A DNA stretch of 63,989 nucleotides, counting the filler, from Perkinsus olseni (taxonomy: Eukaryota): assembly GCA_013115125.1 (NCBI GenBank). It is 5 parts of 5 records of this genome, joined end to end, with 100 filler letters (N's around TTAATTAATTAA, not from the genome) between each part and the next. Parts side by side here need not be neighbours in the genome. Positions count along the whole stretch, not along the records: positions 1 to 13,402 come from JABANN010000759.1; 4 more parts are not named here. One strand, 5' to 3'. The notes beneath the pieces were generated by a model that was not told the origin of the DNA, searched no databases, and was given only the letters and a program-made list of their open reading frames with translations. The position numbers and the translations under genes are program-made. Of the stretch, positions 1 through 13,502 are shown in pieces. Numbering within the stretch: the first letter of the stretch is position 1; every line of letters begins with the position of its first letter.

Positions 1-1
1 C

Positions 2-70
<69 letters not shown>
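1..70 (+). repeat. (CAA)n microsatellite
   Basis: Perfect CAA run from the window start to ~70. Confidence 0.95.
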
Positions 71-71
<1 letters not shown>

Positions 72-1765
72 GGGCTAGTAGTAGTAGTGGTAGTGGAGGA
101 GGATATTACTACTACCAGCTGAATGATGCATTATCCTCGATGAACTTCTTAATATCAGCATCATGAACCAACTCCCTCTTGATATGAGGAGGTCCCTCGA
201 TGGCTGGTGCCAGATGCACCTAGGGATCATCAACTACACAGGCCTTCTGCCAGAGTGATGATAAGTACTACTGGTGTTAGTAGTAGTAGTAGTACTACTA
301 CCTGGAATGCTTTTATCCAGTCAGCAGCCGATAGAGATTGTAGGGCCTCCTCCTCCGGTGTTGATGCTAATCTCTTCACCCCCTGGACGAACGGGGCTCG
401 AGTGAAGGCTTCCTGTCCTTGACGCGATAGAATGTATAAAAATGATATCAATAATCTGTTGGTACAATAACAATAACAACAAGAACGATACCTCATGATG
501 ATGTTGATGTGCTCACTTTGGGTCTGATGGATGACTATTGCCTTCTTCTTGCAGCAGGGCACCTTCTACGATATCGATCAAGCTAGAGGAGGTGTATCCA
601 AGTTCGGCTACAGGTAGGGCGAATGCTGCAAGATGCGCTCTAACCTCAGGAGGGTATCTGAATACCTACGCTACGTATGGTATGGTATGGCGTTAGTTAT
701 CATTACGGCCGTGCTCTGCTGCTGTTGGTGGTGGTGGTGGTGTCACCATAGGACTGCCTTAACATCCATTTGTACCATGTTACTACCCTTTGCAGTAGGG
801 GGGTGTCATGCACGCGTAATACTCGGAGGGACTGCATCTGGATACATGATAACAGCACTGTAGTGATGGTAATAACAATAACGCCGCCCCTCACCAGATC
901 CCCGACGTATTCCATACTTGATGATGTTAATCGTGTAGTCATGAGAGCATCAATCATGGACGTGATACACCGAGTAGAGTACCTGACGATAGTGTGCATG
1001 CTGCTGCTGGTGCTGCTGCTGGTGCTGCTGCTGGTGCTGCTGCTGGTGGTGATGATGATGATGATGAGGTAGCAGCAGCATACCAGTCAAGTCTAGCCAT
1101 GGCCTTCAAGGCAAGGGTTATGTCCTTCATGTGGTTGTTGCTGGTCGGTGTGATGATGGTCGTGATGGATAGGGTTGATAGAATTGATGATGATAGCTGC
1201 GATAAGGGCGAGTATCTGATGGCAATAACTGTTGTTGGTGATGATGGGCATGATGATAATAGTAATACACATTCAGTTCACTCGTGTTCGGCAGGGCTTC
1301 CTTCTTCTGTGATAACAACGTTAGAAAGTCTATCAATGGTCTAGCAGGGCTATCATGTATTACTGGTACCAACACCTAACACACCATCATGACCACCAGC
1401 AGCAGAAGCAGCAGTGGGGTTGGAGTACCCGTATGGCCTCTGCCAGTAGAGGGTCGTTGAATGTCCTTCTAGAAGCTGTTAGCTCAGCACTATGCTGTAG
1501 GCATGCTGCTATTATAGTCATTATATCATTGGCACTTAGATCATCACGAGTACCTACCCCAGCATCACCACCATCGTACAGGTTTCATTGCTATTATCAT
1601 TATTATTATTATTACCATGCAAACTGTACTGGTCGAATAATATGGAAGCAAGCTTAACTGTTGCATTTTTGGCATCATCATCATCATTGAAATGATATCT
1701 TTTACTGCGCATAACAGTAGTTGCAGCCAGTAGCTGAACGTCTAACAACAACAACAGCAGCAGCA

Positions 1766-1797
<32 letters not shown>

Positions 1798-4260
1798 GGG
1801 TTTATGTTGTTGTTACATTGAGGAGTGGTCATGAGCAGTATATTGTTAGGTTTTGCCATGAAGTCCTCAACTGCCTCTGATACATCAAATGAATCCCCCA
1901 AGACATCCACATAGCGACAGGCACCTGATCAGGCATCATCACCAGCAGCACCAGCACCAGCAGTGATGATGGTGATGGTGATGGTGATACGTGCTATATC
2001 GGAACTCTTCATGTTCCGTGGTGGATTGTCCTTAATATATTGCCGTAGTACTGCAGCGAGTGGTATCTCCTGTTCTTGACCCAACACCCTAGACGATGAT
2101 GATGATGATGCTAGACCATGATCCGCTAGTATACCTAGCAGGAGTTGACTGAGGATGACGGGTGTGGTAGTAATAGTATGTAGTACATAGTAAGTGTAAG
2201 GCAGTTGTCCCCTTCTTGTTGGCCCCTAATGCATCGAGTGATGCATACAATAATTCGATCTGGGGTGCCCTCTCGTTATTATCATCGGATATGCTGAATA
2301 TCAACCTCAAGACCTCTGTTACAGAGGCTCGCTGTGACTGGGTGAGGCGATCCTTACCTAGCATGTAAGTGAACAACAACAACACCGAAGAGAAGCAACA
2401 TTACCATGATAGGTGTAGGTATCTTTAATGATATCATTTATGGAATCTATGTCAAGCTCTCGACCTCTAGTACCTTACCGTCTATCAGTGTGTGTAATAA
2501 CCATCACTACTACTACCTAGCACTCCGATAATGGCATGTACAATACTATCATCATCACCCTGGCCAGCCTGTGGTGCATCATCCTTATTCACCTTGTGTA
2601 ATAACACCCGTAGCACCACTGCAAGTTGATGAGGTTTGAATGAATCCAACATCTCCATACCCTACACGCATGTATACAGGTCTCCTGTGGTGGTCAAGCA
2701 TACCTTAGACTGTAGTGCATCCAACAGAACACGGTGATACTCAGTCTCATTATGACGAGTCTTCAATAGTCCAACCATCATGCAGTAGATGTCATCACGT
2801 GTCAAACTGATGATGATGATGATGATGATGTGTTCGGTTGGCCAGTGGTCTTACCTTCCCTTTATACTCATCATTCTCTCGGTAGCGCCTCGTAACAGGG
2901 AAACAGCAGCATCAGTAGATACCCCAATTCTACTTGCACATAGGAGACACTAATGTTGTAATAATCAGCAGGGTGACGACGAGTTGCGCATATTACGGTA
3001 TGAATAATCCTAGCTATCTCGTTGGGTAGTAATACTGATTTAACACCGTCCTGGACTGCACTCTTGACAGCCGTCGGCAAACCCTCCAAACCCTCACGTG
3101 ATTGTGCTGCCTACCCCATACGACCAATCACTGATGCTGCTGTTATCATCATCAGTACTACTACTCCTACCCATTCAATAGCAGCTGCTACTGATGATGA
3201 CCTCCTTGCTGTGGCTTCCTTACCACTTATCAATGTACCACCATCATCACGCTCATCATTGCCATTGTTGTTGTAGTGGTCTATCCGTGCCATGTAGGCA
3301 ATACGACTATAGAATGCCTGATAATATGCAGTACTACCAACACTTTCGTAATTCTAATTATTACCTTATCAATATTAACAACAACATCACCCAATCCCAG
3401 AGGCCCACAGGCTTTCCTCAGTCTCCATAACGCATCAAGATCACTCTAAACACCACCAACCCTGTCCTCATACCACCCATAGTAGTAATATTACAGTCGG
3501 GTCGTCGAACACGATCTTAGCAGCATTCAACGCTACCATCCTTCCCTCTTTAGAGACGTGTGGTACCATACTCGATATGGCACACACAAGATCCAAGCAT
3601 CGTGATGATAACTTCTCATGGTTACTGAGTGCATACAATAACAATGATTATTGCTATCGTCATTACTCATTCAAGTGTTGATCATCACCAAGTGTCGTGG
3701 CTCTATTGTATAACATATCCAGCAACTGCTGCCCATGCAACACATCGTCACTGCCTCTGCATATTAGGGATAAACCCTGGATGGAGGTGAACACATCATC
3801 CAAGTGTAGTTCTACTGGACTCATACTCGTCTGATACAACAACAACATGATGATGGTGATGAGTATGCCCTTGTTGTTGTTAATACCAGTAATTTCGCCT
3901 TGAATGTTCTCTCACCATTATCCTTAGTTTTCGACGCTTCTAGCATGTCATTCAGCATATTATTAAGATACGCTGATTGGTGCATGGCAGCATTATGAGC
4001 GGGGGACTCTAGAGTGTTGATAACGAGTAGGGTCCTCGCCAAACCAATAATACCCGTACATCGTATTCTAACAGCAGCATCAACTAGTAGTAGTGCTCGT
4101 TGTGATGATCCTTACATATTGTCTCCTGACTGTGAGTCCGCTGTGAAGTTCCTCTCAATAGCAGCTCTAACGTCAGTGAGAGCCGCTGCCCTCCACCCAA
4201 GGAGGGACTTCACCAATCTTACTGACGCTAGCGCTTGCTGATGTTGTTGTGGAGATATCA
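71..4260 (-). CDS. Large multi-exon hypothetical protein; ends approximate, probably runs off the left edge
   Basis: Chain of minus-strand coding-like segments separated by short GT..AG introns (e.g. IRCTGIIGLARTLLVINTLE, SPVELHLDDVFTSIQGLSLIC, DRLTQSQRASVTEVLRLIF, VHLAPAIEGPPHIKRELVH). No family recognised. Confidence 0.5.
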
Positions 4261-4285
4261 TCACAAAGGAAAACAGGCAGTGAGC

Positions 4286-4328
<43 letters not shown>

Positions 4329-4931
4329 GAAGAAAATCATGTCGGTATTGTTTAAAACTCTATACCTATGTAGATCTATGGCATATCATCCTCTGCTAGA
4401 CGATCATGATAGCAAGATTATTGGTAAGCTGTAATAATAAGACTGCGGCCCTCCAGCATGATCACACAACGCCGATCGTGGTTCGTAGCAATGCAGTGAA
4501 TAATGGTAATGATTATTATTACTATGATAACAAGAAGCCTTCAGTAGTATTAGGATTACCGTAGTAGTAGGGTAGTAGTAGGTAGTAGTAGGAGAATAAT
4601 AACAACAGCAACGATGATGATGATGTTGGCCAGTATTTGATAGCCCGAATGACAATAATGACAACGGTAAGGAGGCGAAAAAGAGAAACATAATAGAGAC
4701 GAAGATGATGATGATGAAATTGTGACTAGAAATAGTAGCAGCATCAGGGTATTACCCTTACGCTCATGTTGTTGTCGTTGATAATAATAATAATATTATT
4801 ATTACCATTGCAACGAGTAAAATAACAGTATGTGGGCTATCAACAGGGCGATAGAATCATCATCATCATCAGTTGCAGCAGCAGCAGCAGCAGCAGCAGA
4901 CAATAATATCTACTTCCCGCATTTGTTGTTG

Positions 4932-6459
4932 TTATTGTTGTTGTTGTTGATTATCACCATCGATAACGCTAGGGGATGTACTTTGGGACTCCTCCTCGGA
5001 TATAGCAGGTATCGGGTCTTCTTCTATGCTACATAATACTTCTAAAAACTCCATCACCTGATAATAATAATAATAATAATAACAGCAACAACAACAACTG
5101 GCTACCATCGTGATGATGGTGTATGTAGCGCTGCTGTTGCTATTACCTCTTGAGTATCTTCTAATGTATATGTTGCTGCCGTAGGTCGACCTATATCATG
5201 AGTAGTATTGTGTACTAAGATGCCCATACTAGTAGTAGGGAAGGATGCTTTGATGGCTCTAAACCCATCCTCATCGGTGATATCATCACCAATATAAATG
5301 GGTACAATACCACCACCACGGCCATGACCATCCTCATCATCAATCATGTCATCATAACCAACCTCATCATCTTCATCAACAGCTGCTGCTGCATCGTTAT
5401 CATCATCTTCGATACTATTATTGTTGATAACATCTAAATGATGAGGACTGATACCATTACTACCTCCAGTAGTGTTGTTATTATTACCCCATGCATTCAG
5501 TAACCATAACACTGCTTTACCTTTATTCCAACTTAAATTGAGCTTGATCTCATAGACCATCTTACCGTAATGAAGGCGTAGTTGTGGGTATTTAGCGATT
5601 ACACCATGTACCAAGTTAGATACCTACACACCACCTCCTCTACAGACACCTACGGGCCGCCGAGGACAAGGCTATTACATCAACATGAAGGTCGGGATGG
5701 ACATTACGGTAATGAACTGATATGCTAAATTCATTGTCCTCTACGACACAATGAGGATATTTCTTAGATCCTTCTATCAGCTCATCTCTAGCCTTATGTA
5801 ATTGTGGTAGATACGCTCCACCAACCTGATAATCATTATGATGATGTTGCTACTCATGTAATGACAACTACCTGATAATGGGTATCACGTGGACCCCAGA
5901 TATCGAAGCCGTGTGAAGCTGCAAAATGTATCCTCTTCCTGGCATCACCAGTGGATTGAAGGAATGTCAATATCGTATCCATCGATCGTCCAGTAACAAT
6001 AGATACTCTATGTGTTAGGGATAGACGCTCTAACACTTCTGCCCTAACAACAACGACAATATCTAACATCAGTACATGATGATGATTATGATGTTGTTAC
6101 ATTTGTGGACTGAGCTTGGCATCCCCCGGATTGGATACTATCGGTGTCAAGGTACCATCATAGTCGAGGAATATATACAACTTCTTCTTATTCAACCTCT
6201 CCTTCAATGCATCGACACCTTTACCACTGTGTAATGGTATCTTGGTCAAGGGGTTAATAGTGGACATAGACCCACACCTCGATAATGTCCTCGCCATCCT
6301 ACTACCACCACCACCCATTCGAAGACAACTCCCTGCTGGACTCAGTGTGTGATGATGATGGTGATGATGATGATGATCGACAACAGAACCACCAGCAGTA
6401 CCAGCAGTATCGGGCTGTGTTGTTGTTGTTGATGTAGCAGCAGTCGCAGCAACACTCAT
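4932..6459 (-). CDS. TPP: Trehalose-6-phosphate phosphatase (HAD family, OtsB/plant TPP-like), multi-exon
   Basis: Motifs FLDYDGTLTPIV, IVTGRS, AASHGFDI, EDNEFSISVHYRNV, GKMVYEIK..WNKGKAV and PIYIGDDITDEDGF. Last exon VMEFLEVL.. ends at TAA 4932-4934. Confidence 0.92.
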
Positions 6460-6606
6460 CCTGTATTAAAGGTAAGAGGTAATAATGAGAAAGAATACAG
6501 TAGCAGAACTGTGATGATGGATATAGTAATGAGGAGATATCCTGGTAATACACATATGTATAACACAACTCCTGAGAGCATAAACTAGTAGAACTTTGAT
6601 ACTGGT

Positions 6607-6647
<41 letters not shown>

Positions 6648-6899
6648 CGGCCATTATTCAACATGCATAGCGAGCTTGAATCCCATACCAAGTGGATGAC
6701 CCCTCCTCCCTCCACTGCTGTATGACGATGATGATGACCACGTTGGCAAACGACGTGAATGTTCATAATTAACAACTGTAGAGGCAATTATAGTCTTACC
6801 TTGGGATAGATTATATACACCATTAACACATAAAGATACCTGATAATAGCCACTACTATATTACTCTTACTAAATGTATTATTACCTCTTTCTGTAATA

Positions 6900-8063
6900 C
6901 ATCTATCCTATAGTCACATTCGACTGATATACCAAACTTCTCCAAGATCGTCGAGGGTACTGATGAAAGATACTATTATCACTAGCAGCTTCCCTCGACA
7001 CAATCCTCACCCTTCTCTGTCCCCCCTCCCACAACTTGAAGTCCGGTATCGGGTGAAGCTGCCATAATGATGCCGACGCTACGATTGTCCCCTGATTACG
7101 ATGATGATGATACTAACAACGCATGAACACTATGAGGAGAACCTTGTGAGCATCCAGTAAGAAGTATCCTCCTAAAACCAAGTAACGGAGATGATAACGC
7201 GAAGTCACTTCGTAATGATACCTGAAGGGTACGTCCTGGGAGCACTGATGGAGATAGGAATGATGATTACTTGGAAATGTTTGCAGGGTGCAAATCTAGC
7301 CCCGATAGCAAAGATACCATCGACTGATGATGCCGAGGTAAGTCTATTGACAACTTTATCATCAATAGCAACTCCTAAACCAGAGACTAATGTTATTGGG
7401 GCTCTCCTCGCTGCGGTAGTGGGCCTGATTGTGGATTACTGCTGTTGTTGATGCTTTACGAATGGTGCAGAGCTTACCAATAATCAACAGCAGCACCGAT
7501 ATTAAACTCTTCATCACTCAGATGGAACCTCACACTTCTAGGTGATAGCCTCTTCGATGGAGTATCTTTTATGATGATCATTATCATAATATTTACGATA
7601 ACCATCGCGGAGTGTGTAGATACTTTCATCAGGGGATGCATGGTCCCACCCTCCCATGATGCAAGTCCTGATGCCGCTGCTATCACGAATATTGGACGAC
7701 TCTGATGACCTCTTCTGTGATGACCTCTTCTGTGAAGACTTTATGTCATTCATTTGCGGTATGAAGCCTTCCATCTGATCTCACGACATACCCTGCACCG
7801 TCATTGTTAATACTACGCCGTTATTACCATGGCCTTAGCGAAGTATGGATGCTTATTGTATACCAATGATACCATACACAAACGATCAGCGAATAACCTA
7901 ATGATGCCACTACCTCCGCATCAAAGGTTGACCATTGCTCTTGGTAGTACCGCATGAGGATAGAGGTATCTTTAATGGGGCCATTGAGGGTTACTGCTGT
8001 TGAAGATACATTACCAGATAAGAATGAGAATCCCTGATAACGAGGAATATCACTGATAATCAT
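6900..8063 (-). CDS. Hypothetical multi-exon protein (approximate)
   Basis: Several minus-strand ORF pieces (7824-8063, 7538-7774, 7474-7686) with GT/AG-bounded gaps; no homology recognised. Confidence 0.3.
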
Positions 8064-8593
8064 TATAGTCGATTACATTAAAAAAGATGCTCCTCAGTGG
8101 ACCACATCCTCGGATATCTTCCAACGTGGCTGTTACATGTAATGGCATCTTAATGACAATAACAATACATGCGCTATGCTACTACCACCCCCACTACCAC
8201 CTCCCGAATATCCCTGGTAATACTACCAAATCTTTGTGTTATCATGTGAGGTGATAACAATCTATTACATGGTTCATACAATAGTGAACCTGATTATAAT
8301 AACACGAGGTGATAGCAGTATTGAAGGTGGTGTCGAATCATCATCATCGTTACTACCAATAACATCCGGCTTGTATGGATCTATCCTTGCTTCTGTTGTT
8401 GCCATTGGGTAATCACAACTTGACCCACTATTAACAATGTTGCGCATACTGTATACAGTAGAAGACGTTGTGACACAAGGATCTTGCACGCATGCACAAG
8501 CATCTAAGGCTGTTCATCATCTCATCAATTGGACGACTCTGCATAATTCAACTCGCGTTATGCTTGGCAGTTCCTATTTAGTTACTACCAGTT

Positions 8594-9157
8594 ATGTTTC
8601 TTACACTTCTTCCCTCTTCAAGACCCTTCCTTCTATTATTGGTTTATGCTACTATCACACTAGTAAGCGGTAAATCATCAATCGTTTGCCAGAGCATATG
8701 TTGGAACACACCCTATTGTGGTGATTCCGGGTATACATCATATTGTAGGGATGATGATGGTTTGTGTTATGGTCTGTATCATAGAGGTGGACCATCATCA
8801 TACTGTTATCAACCCGAGGATCCTTCATGTAATGGGGATGTACTCGAACCAGTTAGCTGTTCCCAAGGTGTGGTATCCTCCTGTGAAGATGTATGTGATC
8901 AAATACCCTCTTGCCGTGCTAGCACATCGTCAAAGTCGTTCTGCAAGACTTGGGCTAAATCACAGGTATGTTATGGTATACTGCAGAGAGAGGATGGATC
9001 GTTGTGTTATGCACCAGCTGATGATGATTGTCATGGTATACCATACCCTTGCCCTTCCATTCAACTTCGTAATGAGGCTATCAATTCACCTCTCAGTAGT
9101 ACTACTACTACCACTCCTTCACCACATCATGATGATGAGCACATAGTTGTAGTTTGA
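8594..9157 (+). CDS. Secreted cysteine-rich protein with two tandem 8-Cys domains
   Basis: Hydrophobic N-terminus (FLLLLVYATITLVSG), two ~60-aa repeats each with 8 Cys and shared S(Y/F)C, CYG(L/I), CY.P, P..C, then a Ser/Thr-rich tail. Confidence 0.8.
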   Translation: MFLTLLPSSRPFLLLLVYATITLVSGKSSIVCQSICWNTPYCGDSGYTSYCRDDDGLCYGLYHRGGPSSYCYQPEDPSCNGDVLEPVSCSQGVVSSCEDVCDQIPSCRASTSSKSFCKTWAKSQVCYGILQREDGSLCYAPADDDCHGIPYPCPSIQLRNEAINSPLSSTTTTTPSPHHDDEHIVVV

Positions 9158-9604
9158 TAATGCTGGTTATTAATACCGTCGTAGTGGTAGTAGAACATTT
9201 CATTGCATCTTGACGAGGCTGCTGGTCTCTCAGATGTATTCTTACGATGTTACACCATTACCGTCATTGCATTGTCGTCATTATAACTCCATTATAATAC
9301 TACTACTGCTAGTAGTAGTAGTATTATCATCATCATCATCATCATCATCCCAGGATTCCTCTCTCGTCCATACTGTCCATACTGCATCATCATCATTATT
9401 ATTGTATACAGCAAGTAGTACCGGCCTTGTACTATCCTTTAGTACTTGATGGTGTACCAACATCACCAGCATCGGGGAGTTCTTGTGTTGCTACGTCCTC
9501 ATCACGGTCATCTTCGAATACCATAACCCGCCCTACTCCAATCGTAGTTTTCTTCTCCCACTGATGTCCTCCCCTCTCCCCACTACGTGTGTGATGAAGT
9601 CAGC

Positions 9605-9642
<38 letters not shown>

Positions 9643-9729
9643 TTACGATGGTAGTATTTCCGGTAGTAGTACAGCCGGTACACCCTTCTGTCACTCGTGC
9701 AGGAAGGCTTCTTCTCCCTTCCCATCATG

Positions 9730-10414
9730 CTTGACAGGTATACCGAGACGATGCCGAGTAGACCTCCTGCATACTCGGTTGAGTACCGATGACGATGCTG
9801 ATGATAATGATGATGATAATGATGATGTTCGTACTACTGTACTCATCCCTAATGTAGTGTTGTCTAGTCTCCATCATTTGTTCACGACTTTGGTATCCTC
9901 CATACATAGCCCCAGACGACGACGACATGAGGGAGGGTATACCACAGAAGAGGAGGATCGGGTTGGTGATGTTGAGGATACTGTTGGTGTTGAGCGTTGG
10001 TGTGGTTATTGGAGCTGGGGTCTACGTTGCAGTGTGGTCTATCATCACCCAGAGGCTTGGTATGTTGGACAGTCACGAGGAGGTATGGGTGTTATATAGG
10101 AGGTATGGAGTCTAGCAATATGGGGGCTCTAGTAGGTGATACAGAAGATAACAAGAAGCATTGAGTCTTGGGTCTGCTGGATGATGAAGAGAGGCTATCT
10201 ACTGACTATGAGAGAGATGAAGGTATACGTGCCATTATAATAGAAGAATCGGCGAAGGCATCATCATCATCAGCAAGAGGTCATCATCATCTTGGCTAGC
10301 ATCCTCAAGGGTCCATCACCATTATCGTCAGGAACTGTCATGTCTAGACTTGAAGATCAGCTCAGACATGCAGAAGGCTTGATGAAAGATATCTCAACTA
10401 CACTGGATGCATGA
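9730..10414 (+). CDS. Hypothetical membrane protein, multi-exon (approximate)
   Basis: ORF 9927-10115 has a TM-like stretch (LVMLRILLVLSVGVVIGAGVYVAVWSII); a later exon-like segment ends ..RLEDQLRHAEGLMKDISTTLDA*. Confidence 0.35.
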
Positions 10415-10631
10415 CCATCTTGTCGTCCGCCAGCAGCAGTTCTGTTGTGTCTACAGCGGCTCATCACCACCATCGGGTGACGGTTTCACTCTCATGGCGA
10501 CGTATCCGTTGCCGTGTGTGATTTTCGGGCGAGCGCTGTTTTATTGTTAATCCACCACTACTAACTTCATTACTGCTCTGACGTTTGTAGTGTAGTTTTT
10601 TTCTCCTCTTCCTCCTCCTCCTGACTACACC

Positions 10632-10942
10632 ATGCAGGTTATGATGAAGCTATTCGTCCTTCTTTTCGGCATCATCCTCGCTGCCACCATGTAGTACCAC
10701 ACCTCCACTGTGTTGCTGCTACAGGTTGTTAGGTTGGAGGGCTGTAACAAGGCTGCTCATGATGTTGAACATCATGAACAACCCAAACCTGAACAGCATG
10801 AGCAACACGCTGTTCATAAGGAAGAGAAGAGAAGTATTGAAGAGGGAGGAGGCCCACATGAGGAGAAGAGGGCGAAATCCCCTGAAACAAGTATGGTTAT
10901 TTTCATCATGTTAGGCTTGCGGTATTATTATGTTTAGGTTAA
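10632..10942 (+). CDS. Small secreted His/Glu-rich protein with an LxGC signal-peptide end
   Basis: ATG 10632; a phase-consistent 42-nt GT-AG intron 10691-10732 gives MQVMMKLFVLLFGIILAATMLEGCNKAAHDVEHHEQPKPEQ... Confidence 0.55.
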
Positions 10943-11130
10943 TGATGGTGGTATCATCACTGATCATCATCGATATGGTTATACATGTAGTCCTTGGTAT
11001 TGGACTATATGATTGATAGAGTTATCTCTCAACATGATTATTCTCAGTTTGAATGTTACTATCAGATTTGTGTTGATGTAGTAGTATACACTGAGGGTAG
11101 TGATGGTGTGGTGGAAGTATAGTATTAATA

Positions 11131-13327
11131 ATGGAAGATAATGACCGCTGTGTTGCGGGTACGAGTAGTTGTCATACCATAAATCCAACTACTCGTCCCC
11201 GGCCGCCACCACCATTAGAGGTTATTGCCACGACATGGGCTAGAGAGTCCCATGAGCTGTATGATTATGAATCGAGGTACTGCTATGAGTGCACACCTAC
11301 CGCTATTGACTGCTATCATCATTAGGAATGTGCGCTGCCAAAGATTTATAATACCAATGGATGATGGTGATGAAGGAAGTAGTAGGGCATCGGTGGTGCA
11401 GTGCAAGGATGATCATCCTCATGAACAGGTTCATCATCATCAACAACATCAACATTGTATCGTGTACGTGATGGTGGCAGCAGTAGCATGATGTTACATG
11501 ATGGTAGAAGTAGAGCTATGATCAGCAATGCTAGTGGTATTATAGAAGTACCTATCACTAGTACCCGCTCTAGTGTTATCATGAAACATGATAATAACAA
11601 CAACAGCAGCAGTAGCAGCACTGGTAGTAGTAGGCATGGTGATGATGATGAGAAGGGACAGGAGAGAGAGGAGCCGTTAATACGTATTGAGAGGTATTAT
11701 GAGTAGTGGTGAGCATATACTAATGATGATGACGATGATGCGTTCAGGGATCCTACTGATGATGGTCTACATATCAAACCGGTGGTGATGGTGTCACCAT
11801 CAATATCCAACGATAATAATAATAATAGCACTGCAACACCACCACTGCCATCGTCGAGACCATGGTTGGTAGTGCATGATTCATCATCACCGTCGAGTGA
11901 TTATGACGATGGAGTATCATTGGAAGAAGGAGATGTAATCAAATTGGGGAGAGTTGAATTAAAAGTTCGACAAGTAAGGAGAGGAGTGGTATGAATAGTA
12001 ATCCACTATATGTATCATTAGATGGTATATGATTATTGTGCTGCTGATGGTGGTCATAAGTTATCAAGAGAGTGTGTATCTACCGACGATGATGATGGAG
12101 GAGGAGGAGAAGGAGGATGCTGCTCGTCATTAACTGTATGCTGCTCCAATGATGATCACGATGTCCAACTGCAATTACTACCAAAAGGTGTCAGTAAAGG
12201 TAATAATATTGGGAAGTACGGTAGGGATATTAGAATGCTGGTAATTGTTGATCGTCATCATCATCAGAATCGTCGATGACGGTAGCCTGTAGTGGTAATA
12301 GCGGTATAGATGGGTCACCATTGAATGGGGTTGTATGCAGGATATGTCTAATGGAAGGTAATACTAATGTGACCTCATCTATCACTACTCATCACGAGCA
12401 TCATCATCATCAGGTTCTACAGCTGATGACCCGTTCATAGCACCATGCCATTGTAGTGGTAGTATAAAGTAATACTTATAATCACACACCATCCCCATCT
12501 CCATCATCATCAACATGCCAGATATGTTCATATCAACTGCCTTCGCCATTGGATTGCTGGCAGACTCAGACTACCACCATCATCATACGAATCGGACTAC
12601 GACTCGGCACGGCCAATACCGACAGGAGCAGCAGCATCACCACCATTTTTGTACAGACCATTGACATGCGAGTTGTGTAAAGCTCCCTACCCAACCTATG
12701 TAGTACAACAACACGTCGTCATCATCATGATGATGAAGAGCATATTGATTATTATCAACTCTTGTGGTTAATGACAGGTTAGTATGAATGGGAGCATCGA
12801 GTGCCTTTATCCACTACCCCATGTCAAAGCACCATACATTGTTTTTGAGGTTAATCTCAAGCCTGTCATCACAGCATCAACACGCGATAATAATAATAAT
12901 GGTGATGATGTTGATGATCAAACTGGAGGAAGACAACAACATCATCATCATCACCAGCAGGGATACAATGATGATACTGTTAATGGTATTAATCCTGATA
13001 TAGGACTCAATGTTGTCAGTCTTGCGAGCGATGACACAGAGAGGATGATGGGGGGGAGCCCTGATGATGATGATGATGGCGGTGATCCGTTGTCCCCCTC
13101 ACATCGTGTCCCTACTACGACAAATACTTCATCAGTAACTGCTGCTGGTGCTGCTGCTGGTGCAGCTGGGGATGATGATTATGAGCATCGTAATCATCAC
13201 TCTAGGGTAGAGGGAGCACTACATGGTGATGATAATTATAAAGCTATAACTATTGGTAGAGGGCATGAGAGTCAGGTTAGGATAACAGATGTAATACTAA
13301 CTAGTATTGATGCTATTCATTATAAGA

Positions 13328-13402
<75 letters not shown>
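11131..13402 (+). CDS. FHA-domain + RING-CH zinc finger protein, truncated at scaffold end
   Basis: N-terminal TTWARESHELYDYES; FHA-like LEEGDVIKLGRVELKVRQ; RINGv CRICL..DDPFIAPCHCSGSIKYVHINCLRHW..CELCKAPY; second FHA start ITIGRGHESQVRITD. Confidence 0.85.
13330..13402 (+). repeat. (TCA)n microsatellite at scaffold end
   Basis: Perfect TCA run up to the linker. Confidence 0.95.
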
Positions 13403-13502
13403 NNNNNNNNNNNNNNNNNNNNNNNNNNNNNNNNNNNNNNNNNNNNTTAATTAATTAANNNNNNNNNNNNNNNNNNNNNNNNNNNNNNNNNNNNNNNNNN
13501 NN
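13403..13502. other. Artificial scaffold linker
   Basis: N run + TTAATTAATTAA (stops in six frames) + N run, 100 bp. Confidence 0.97.

Noticed and set aside
3663-3848. Resemblance to gamma-tubulin complex GCP2 (G..LL..LY.R...GD)
   Set aside because: Flanking exons do not continue the Spc97/98 pattern; too short to support a call.
200-13400. Many short poly-S/M/H/D/L ORFs
   Set aside because: By-products of trinucleotide microsatellites and antisense frames of real exons.
13403-13502. TTAATTAATTAA palindrome recurring every ~13.4 kb
   Set aside because: Embedded in fixed N runs; an assembly linker between size-sorted scaffolds, so no synteny can be inferred across it.
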